Origin: a virus
Strand: one strand, 5' to 3'
Virus record (IMG/VR): IMGVR_UViG_3300045988_136150
Span: 1 to 59,057 of that record
DNA: 59,057 nucleotides
In this document: positions 53,472 to 59,057 of the stretch, piece after piece
How positions within the stretch are numbered: the stretch's first letter is position 1
Layout: each line of letters begins with the position of its first letter
The notes under the pieces: model-generated
What the model was told of the DNA's origin: nothing
Database searches by the model: none
Seen by the model: only the letters and a program-made list of their open reading frames with translations
Position numbers and translations under genes: made by a program

Positions 53472-53852
53472 ATGAATTTAGCGGAGTTACGAGAGGCTTA
53501 TAAAGCCAGAAAGTTAGCCTTTGAACAGGCAAAGAAAGAGGAGGAAAAGTATAAGGCACTCCTTAAGGATGCTATGGCGGAGGCTGGAGAGAAAGATTTT
53601 ACCGATGAGGCAGGATACCGCTTTGAGCGTATTGTGCAGGAGCGTAAGAGTATTGAGGAGCCTAAGCTCTTAGAGGAGCTCCATACCAGAGGTTTAACCG
53701 ATTGTATCAAAACGGTAGAGGCTGTGGATGAGGAGGCTACTCTTAAGGCTGTAGAGGCTGGAACACTTCCGCAGGATGTACTTGCAGAGTGCCTTAAGGT
53801 GCAAGAGGTTGTAATGCTTAAAATGACAGCTCCTAAGAAAAGCAAGAAATGA
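53472..53852 (+). CDS. Gp157-like / coiled-coil early protein (putative)
   Basis: Composition and position only. Weak call. Confidence 0.35.
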   Translation: MNLAELREAYKARKLAFEQAKKEEEKYKALLKDAMAEAGEKDFTDEAGYRFERIVQERKSIEEPKLLEELHTRGLTDCIKTVEAVDEEATLKAVEAGTLPQDVLAECLKVQEVVMLKMTAPKKSKK

Positions 53853-54874
53853 TAACGGTATGGAGGATGCCTATAGTAGCTACCGTAGAGCAGATAGTTA
53901 AAGATATTAAGCTCCAGCTCTACGGTACAGGGCTACTAAGAGAGGTAAATGATACTGGATCGGATCTTATGGTTACTTGCCCTTTTCACGGAGGAGGTAA
54001 AGAACATAATCCCTCTTGCGGTATTAGTAAGCAGGAAAAGACGGTAAACGGAAAGCACTACGAGGCAGGTACCGTACATTGTTTTACCTGTGGATATACA
54101 GCAGATCTCCCACAGTTTGTAGCGGATATGCTGGGGCTTAGTAACCCCTTAGCTGGCTATAAGTGGCTGGTAGGTAGATATAACTACTCTACAGCGGAGA
54201 GGGAGCCTATGGAGCTTAACCTCTACAGAGGACAAGCCCACAAAACCTCCTCAATGGATGAGGAGCTGGTAGATAAGTACCATAAAGCACTACTCAGTAG
54301 TGAGGGAGCTTGTGAGTACCTACGGAAAAGAAAGCTCCCTTACTGGGTAATGGAGGCGTACAAGCTGGGCTTTGATCCAGAGGATAATACCGTACTTTTC
54401 CCTGTAAGGGGAATGGATGGGAAAGTAGCCTTTTATAAGGGCAGGAGCATAGCTGGTAAGCATTTCTATAACGCTAAGGATATTGATAAAAGCTCTAAGA
54501 TATTTGGCTTGTGGGAACTCTGTAACGGTAGTTTCACGGAGAGGGTACTCACTCCAGATAGCGAGGTATGGATTACTGAGAGTGAGATAGATGCTCTTAG
54601 CATTGTAGCTTATGGAGGCTTAGCAATAGCACTTATGGGCTCTCACATATCGGAGGATCAATGTAGAGAGTTAGAGAGATCTCCCTTTAGGAGGTTTGTA
54701 CTTGCTACAGATAACGATGAGGCAGGGAGAAAAGGAGCCTCCCAGCTCAAGCGTTTACTGATACCTAAGGGGTTTAGGTTTACTAATTTACAATGGCACA
54801 CAGATCTTAAGGACATTAACGATCTGGTAAAGCAGTACGGAGATAGCTGGAAAGATTATCTCACAGGATATTAA
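53849..54874 (+). CDS. DNA primase (zinc finger plus TOPRIM)
   Basis: CPFHGGGKEHNPSC...HCFTCGYTADL and ITESEIDALS...LATDNDEAGRK. Confidence 0.8.
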   Translation: MITVWRMPIVATVEQIVKDIKLQLYGTGLLREVNDTGSDLMVTCPFHGGGKEHNPSCGISKQEKTVNGKHYEAGTVHCFTCGYTADLPQFVADMLGLSNPLAGYKWLVGRYNYSTAEREPMELNLYRGQAHKTSSMDEELVDKYHKALLSSEGACEYLRKRKLPYWVMEAYKLGFDPEDNTVLFPVRGMDGKVAFYKGRSIAGKHFYNAKDIDKSSKIFGLWELCNGSFTERVLTPDSEVWITESEIDALSIVAYGGLAIALMGSHISEDQCRELERSPFRRFVLATDNDEAGRKGASQLKRLLIPKGFRFTNLQWHTDLKDINDLVKQYGDSWKDYLTGY

Positions 54875-54888
54875 AGGAGGAATACAGG

Positions 54889-55482
54889 ATGAATACAGGA
54901 TTATCAAATGAGCAGTTAGTTAGGAATTACAAGGATAGCGGAAATGAGATGTACTTAGGAGAGCTTATCAAGAAAAACACGCCTTTACTTAGGATGCTGG
55001 TAGAGCCTTATCTGGCTACTATCCCTCATAGTGAGCTGGAGGATCTCATAGCAGAGAGTTACATACCGATGTTAAAGGCTGTGGATGATTTTGATGAGAG
55101 TAGAGGCTTAGCGTTTATTACTCTCCTTAAGGCGTATGTACGCCAGAACTTAAACCGCCTCTATAACGAGGCTACGAGGCAGAAACGCTACACAGGATCC
55201 GCTCCTATTTCTTATGAGGCACTCACAGAGATAAACAAAGAGGGCGGATGTGAGATGGATAGCTATTTTACTGTGGAGTGCGAGGATGTAAAGGCTTTTG
55301 AGTTTCAAGATCTCATTAGATCCTTGCACTTAAACGAAAAGGAGCAGGTAGCGGTAACAGTACTTATGGATGGGGGCACAAAGGGAGAGGTAGCTAAGGC
55401 TCTGGGATGCACTCCAGCAACAGCTAACTACTATTTCAAGAGCATAAGAAAAAAGTTTGTTTTAGCAGGATATTCTCTCTAA
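54889..55482 (+). CDS. Phage-encoded sigma-70-family RNA polymerase sigma factor
   Basis: Region-2-like DLIAESYIPMLKAVDDFDESRGLAFITLLKAYVRQNL. Region-4-like EKEQVAVTVLMDGGTKGEVAKALGCTPATANYYFKSIRKK. Confidence 0.7.
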   Translation: MNTGLSNEQLVRNYKDSGNEMYLGELIKKNTPLLRMLVEPYLATIPHSELEDLIAESYIPMLKAVDDFDESRGLAFITLLKAYVRQNLNRLYNEATRQKRYTGSAPISYEALTEINKEGGCEMDSYFTVECEDVKAFEFQDLIRSLHLNEKEQVAVTVLMDGGTKGEVAKALGCTPATANYYFKSIRKKFVLAGYSL

Positions 55483-55517
55483 ATAAAACCGTTGTATCTG
55501 ATTAAGTTAATCATAAC
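55478..55517 (+). promoter_or_regulatory. Bipartite intergenic motif, copy 10
   Basis: tctaaat at 55478 (overlaps the sigma-gene stop) and ctgattaagttaatcataac at 55498-55517. Confidence 0.5.
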
Positions 55518-55540
55518 GAAAAAGGAGGCGGTGCTTATAT

Positions 55541-55699
55541 ATGAGAAGTGTAAAAACGCTGTTAGCCATCCTTAGAGGAGAGGCTGTGGTGCTTATCAAA
55601 AAGGATGAGCGTAATGCTGATGTAGTGATTGGTAGATCTGTAGGTAAGCGTTTTGCCATTAGCTCTATGGTAGGAGCAGTTAAGGCTATGATGCTTTGA
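55541..55699 (+). CDS. Small hypothetical protein (52 aa, not in ORF track)
   Basis: Hand translation MRSVKTLLAILRGEAVVLIKKDERNADVVIGRSVGKRF. RBS aaggagg. Confidence 0.4.
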   Translation: MRSVKTLLAILRGEAVVLIKKDERNADVVIGRSVGKRFAISSMVGAVKAMML

Positions 55700-55756
55700 A
55701 AGAAACCATAATAACCAAAAAAAAATATAAAGGAAAAACAGGAGGATTAAATCATT

Positions 55757-56392
55757 ATGGGATTGCAGGATTTGTTAAACAAGTACGATAACGGAGGTTT
55801 TACTAAAACTGGCTGGTTTCAGCTTAAGGATGATGGGGATACCGCAACGGTACGCCTCCTCCATCGTGGAGAGGTTGGTGTAGAGGAGGGCACACAGGAG
55901 CCTAAGTATGATTTCCCTATCTATGAGGTACATAAGCTGGATGTAGATGGATCTGGTAGAGATCGTACCGTACTTTGTAAGGGAGAGGGCTGTGAGCTCT
56001 GTAAGAGTGGTAATAAGCCACAGCTTAGGATGTTTCTACAGATGCTTAATCTTGACGAAAAGGACAAGGATAAGCAGGTACAGCTCTGGGAGCGTGGTTT
56101 GACAGATATTAAGGCTATGATCGGCTTAGCTGGGGAGTATGGAGATCTTACTCAGCGTGATATTAAGATTAAGCGTAGCGGAGCTAAAGGATCTCTTAAG
56201 ACTGTGTACCAGTATTTCCCTAAGGATAAGAGTGAGAGAGAGATCCCAGAGCCTCAAAATCTTGTAGGCTCCCTCATTCTGGATCTGAATAAAGAGGATC
56301 AGATTAAGGCTATTGAGGGTAGGCTCCAGCTTAAAAAGGGCGGAGATAGTGAGGAGAGCTCTGGAGGCTCTAGTGCTAGCAGAGTTTTCTAA
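55757..56392 (+). CDS. Single-stranded DNA-binding protein-like (putative)
   Basis: Cys cluster CKGEGCELC and a Gly/Ser/acidic tail ending in F. Lies between the sigma and polymerase genes. Confidence 0.4.
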   Translation: MGLQDLLNKYDNGGFTKTGWFQLKDDGDTATVRLLHRGEVGVEEGTQEPKYDFPIYEVHKLDVDGSGRDRTVLCKGEGCELCKSGNKPQLRMFLQMLNLDEKDKDKQVQLWERGLTDIKAMIGLAGEYGDLTQRDIKIKRSGAKGSLKTVYQYFPKDKSEREIPEPQNLVGSLILDLNKEDQIKAIEGRLQLKKGGDSEESSGGSSASRVF

Positions 56393-56406
56393 AGCAAGAT
56401 TACTTA

Positions 56407-56445
56407 AGGGGGAGGCAGGAGTAAACTAGCCTCCCTCTATTTTTA
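56407..56445 (+). terminator. Rho-independent terminator
   Basis: gggaggc (56410-56416) pairs with gcctccc (56429-56435), then tctattttt. Confidence 0.6.
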
Positions 56446-56464
56446 TAACAGGAGGTAAAGGATT

Positions 56465-58645
56465 ATGAGTAGAGATACTATAAATCTTAATATGAGTAGG
56501 GAGAGTGTGGGGATGGATGATATTAGCTCGCGCCTTACACATAAGAAAGTATGTAATATTTCCTTAAAGCGTAACCAGAATACCCTTGCTAAAGGGCTGG
56601 CTGTTATTAGTGAGTTGGTAGCTAGTGGCAGGTTACACGCTGAGGGAGAGTATGAGATTATCCGTACTCCAGAGAGGCTTAAGGAGTTTATGGATACCTA
56701 TGTAAATGGGTATGGAGAGTATGTACTGGATGTAGAGAGTACTGGGCTGGATGTTTATAATGATATTCTGGTAGGTATTTGTTTGTATAATCCAGATCTA
56801 CCTAGTGCCTATGTACCTTTTAACCATACAGATCTCCAGAATGTAAGAGTAGCCGATCAAATGACGGAGGAGCAGGTAAAGGAGATAATGCTCCCTTACT
56901 TAGCAAATGGGGATCTTAAGTGTATTAACCATAATATAAAATTTGATGATAAGATGCTTACCTTTAACTGGGGGCAGAGGATCGCTAATGTATGGTGGGA
57001 TACACAGATAGGGGCACAAGTGCTTAATGAAAATGAAAAGCACGGATTAAAGCCTCTGTATAACAAATATATCCTCAATGGAGAGGGATCTGACGAGGAC
57101 TTTGGGGATCTGTTTGAGGATATTCCCTGTAACTATATTCCTATTGATATTTTCGCTATCTATGGTGCTAATGATGGTTTCAAAACTTGGGCGGTATATC
57201 AGTTTCAAAAGCAGTTTTTAAGAGAGGATCATACCAGAGCAGATTTTAGAAAGCTCTATTATGTTTTCCGTGAGGTAGAGATGCCTCTTATAGATGTTTG
57301 TATGGATATGGAGCTTAGAGGCGTGGCTATTCGTGAGGATTACGCTAAGGAGCTCTCTGTAGAGTTTAATAAGGAGATGGAGGAGAAAGAGGCTCTCTGT
57401 GATGCTTATGTAGCTAAGTTTGATAAGTACATAGAGGAAAACGCTACTCTTATGAGGCTTACAAAGGGTACCAAAAAGATTAACTATAACAGCCCTCAGC
57501 AGGTAGCTTGTTTGTTTTATGATGTATTCCAGCTTAAGAGTGTATCCAGAAAAGAGCCTAGAGGTACTGGGGATAAGATCATCCAGCTCCACAGAAACAA
57601 GGCTAAAAAGGCTGGTACCAAAAAGGGGCAGGAGTTTATAGAGTTTCTGGATAATTACCAGAGATATAAGGAATGTGGTAAGCTCTTAGGTACATACATT
57701 GATAAGATCCCAGCGGTAAAGTGTGAGAAAACAAATGCAGTACACACTACATTTAACCAGTACGGAGCTAAAACTGGTAGATTTTCCTCCAGCGATAAGG
57801 TTACTAAAATTAACCTCCAGAATATCCCTAGCCACGAAAAGAGGATCCGTAAGATTTTTAGAGCCAGAGATGGGTATAAGCTGGTAGGTGGAGATTTTAG
57901 CCAGATTGAGCCACGAGTACTCTCTTTTATCTCTGGAGATGAGGCTATGCAGGATGCCTATATACACGGTAAGGATCTGTATGCCATTATGGGATCTAAG
58001 GTGTATGGGGTACCTTATGAGGATTGTAGAGAGTTTTATCCAGATGGTACCGTAAATGCAGAGGGTAAGCACAGGCGTACTACTATGAAAAGTGTACTCT
58101 TAGGTATTATGTATGAAAGAGGAGCTAAGGCTATTGGGGAGCAGTTTGATAAGAGTGCAGATTGGGCTCAACAGCTTATAGATGATTTTTACAAGAGTTT
58201 CCCTAAGATCCAGCAGATCCGCCTCAAAGTTGAGAAAATGGCGGAGGAGTATGGGTATGTTACTACTATCTGTGGTAGAAAGCGTAGGCTCCCAGATATG
58301 CAGATACCAGATCACGATGATTACCGCTATCAAGAGGCTCACAGGCAGAGCTTAAATGCTGTAATACAGGGCTCTAGTGCCGATATTATGAAGTTAGCTA
58401 TGATAGCTATTTACAGGGATCCTAGATATAAAGAGCTGGATTGCCATATGCTTATTACTGTACACGATGAGCTTATTATGGAGGTACCAGAGGAGCATAT
58501 TAAGGAGGGTGCAGATCTCCTTACTGAAACTATGAAAAAAGTAGGGCACAGTTTAATTAACCTCCCTATGAGCGTGGATGCAGAGATCTCCGATGTTTGG
58601 TATGGGGAAAGCCTCAATACTGATTATCTGGAGGAGGATGAGTAG
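56465..58645 (+). CDS. Family A DNA polymerase with 3'-5' exonuclease domain
   Basis: LDVESTGLD (Exo I), GGDFSQIEPRVLS (motif A), RRTTMKSVLLGIMYERG (motif B) and ITVHDELIMEV (motif C). Confidence 0.9.
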   Translation: MSRDTINLNMSRESVGMDDISSRLTHKKVCNISLKRNQNTLAKGLAVISELVASGRLHAEGEYEIIRTPERLKEFMDTYVNGYGEYVLDVESTGLDVYNDILVGICLYNPDLPSAYVPFNHTDLQNVRVADQMTEEQVKEIMLPYLANGDLKCINHNIKFDDKMLTFNWGQRIANVWWDTQIGAQVLNENEKHGLKPLYNKYILNGEGSDEDFGDLFEDIPCNYIPIDIFAIYGANDGFKTWAVYQFQKQFLREDHTRADFRKLYYVFREVEMPLIDVCMDMELRGVAIREDYAKELSVEFNKEMEEKEALCDAYVAKFDKYIEENATLMRLTKGTKKINYNSPQQVACLFYDVFQLKSVSRKEPRGTGDKIIQLHRNKAKKAGTKKGQEFIEFLDNYQRYKECGKLLGTYIDKIPAVKCEKTNAVHTTFNQYGAKTGRFSSSDKVTKINLQNIPSHEKRIRKIFRARDGYKLVGGDFSQIEPRVLSFISGDEAMQDAYIHGKDLYAIMGSKVYGVPYEDCREFYPDGTVNAEGKHRRTTMKSVLLGIMYERGAKAIGEQFDKSADWAQQLIDDFYKSFPKIQQIRLKVEKMAEEYGYVTTICGRKRRLPDMQIPDHDDYRYQEAHRQSLNAVIQGSSADIMKLAMIAIYRDPRYKELDCHMLITVHDELIMEVPEEHIKEGADLLTETMKKVGHSLINLPMSVDAEISDVWYGESLNTDYLEEDE

Positions 58646-58876
58646 ATGCTTAATGATTGTGAGAAATGCCCTTATTATAGCTCATATATTCCCTATTGGA
58701 GTGATGATGGATGCCCTGTAGAGGATTGTGGAGCAGGGCTTAATCCAGAGGATAGCTGTAGGCATAACCGCTTAGTGAGGTGGATCCTGTTTAATATCCA
58801 GCAGAGAAAAGAGAGAAAGCAAGATGCTTATATGATGAGCTTTTTAGAGCAGGAGGAAAAAGCCTCTAAAATTTAA
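58646..58876 (+). CDS. Hypothetical Cys-rich protein
   Basis: CEKCPYY...GCPVEDCG. Confidence 0.4.
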   Translation: MLNDCEKCPYYSSYIPYWSDDGCPVEDCGAGLNPEDSCRHNRLVRWILFNIQQRKERKQDAYMMSFLEQEEKASKI

Positions 58877-58878
58877 TA

Positions 58879-58929
58879 TCTAAAAATAGCCTCCTTTTGT
58901 GATTAGGATCGATCAAAGACAAAAGGAGG
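58879..58929 (+). promoter_or_regulatory. Bipartite intergenic motif, copy 11, with 11-bp SD-sequestering arms and a GATCGATC loop
   Basis: tctaaaa at 58879 and gtgattaggatcgatcaaag at 58899. Arms 58890-58900 cctccttttgt and 58919-58929 acaaaaggagg. Confidence 0.6.
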
Positions 58930-58937
58930 TTTTATTT

Positions 58938-59057
58938 ATGGAGTTTATCAAGAGCCCACTTAATTATACAGGTGGAAAATATAAGCTCCTCCCACAGCTC
59001 CTAGAGCTGTTTCCTACAAATATTGATACCTTTGTCGATTTGTTTGCAGGGGGGGGG
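58938..59057 (+). CDS. 5' end of the Dam-like methyltransferase gene (continues across the circular junction into 47..797)
   Basis: MEFIKSPLNYTGGKYKLLPQLLELFPTNIDTFVDLFAGGG. RBS aaggagg. Runs off the window inside the G-run. Confidence 0.8.
   Translation, partial: MEFIKSPLNYTGGKYKLLPQLLELFPTNIDTFVDLFAGGG
59003..59057. repeat. Terminal direct overlap (copy of 1-55)
   Basis: Identical by eye to the first 55 bases. Confidence 0.9.

Larger units (their letters stand above)
1..59057 (+). mobile_element. Complete temperate contractile-tailed (PBSX/Xkd-like) phage genome, Gram-positive host inferred
   Basis: Integrase plus CI-like repressor, replication module, terminase, portal, capsid, sheath/tube, baseplate, fibre, holin/amidase. 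Nearly all genes are on the + strand with GGAGG-type RBS. The two window ends overlap. Confidence 0.85.

Noticed and set aside
53498-53845. 115-aa minus-strand ORF antisense to the first early gene, considered as a second leftward regulator
   Set aside because: It lies fully inside a + strand ORF that has a strong RBS. It has no promoter or RBS of its own, and its composition is typical of a shadow ORF.
1-59057. CRISPR arrays, tRNA/tmRNA genes, rRNA and insertion sequences
   Set aside because: No regularly spaced repeat-spacer arrays, no cloverleaf-like T-arm/anticodon patterns in the intergenic gaps, and no transposase-like ORFs were seen by eye. A tRNAscan/Infernal run would be needed to exclude small RNAs formally.

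Overview
The window is one complete temperate phage genome. Bases 1-55 repeat at 59003-59057, so the unit is about 59.0 kb and circular or circularly permuted. The host looks Gram-positive: GGAGG ribosome-binding sites, a SpoIIID-like regulator, and an amidase with a Cpl-7 wall-binding repeat. All convincing genes are on the + strand except one CI-like repressor.

Gene order:
- 58.9 kb through 17.5 kb (across the junction): DNA metabolism and recombination, including a Dam-like methyltransferase, several PD-(D/E)XK nucleases, a RecA-like protein, a PP-loop enzyme, MazG, ThyX, ParB and terS.
- 17.6-26.9 kb: terL, portal, MuF-like head protein, scaffold, capsid and connectors.
- 27-37 kb: a PBSX/Xkd-like contractile tail (sheath, tube, frameshifted chaperone, tape measure, LysM protein, baseplate).
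- 37-40.6 kb: a tail fibre whose 3' end is the variable repeat of a diversity-generating retroelement (DGR).
- 40.5-43.4 kb: XkdW/XkdX/XhlA-like genes, holin and amidase.
- 43.6-58.6 kb: serine integrase, SNF2 helicase, replication genes, the lysogeny switch, primase, a phage sigma factor, an SSB-like protein and a family A DNA polymerase.

Main observations:
1. A DGR with no Avd-like gene targets the tail fibre. Its VR and TR are each 123 bp, and 23 of 24 mismatches fall on TR adenines. The template RNA region looks highly structured.
2. An 11-copy, + strand bipartite intergenic motif (TCTAAA-N14-GTGATTAAGTTAAGTATCAC) is confined to the non-structural half. In several copies covarying arms would sequester the downstream Shine-Dalgarno sequence.
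3. Two simple-sequence repeats sit exactly at frame breaks: G10 in the methyltransferase and (AG)6 between two overlapping ORFs.
4. The MuF head protein carries a large HExxH C-terminal extension followed by a small ORF, a toxin/immunity-like layout.
5. Candidate regulatory sites include the lysogeny operators, late-gene repeats, origin iterons, pac-like boxes and an attP-like dyad.

All alignments, counts and coordinates were done by eye. No database search was run.
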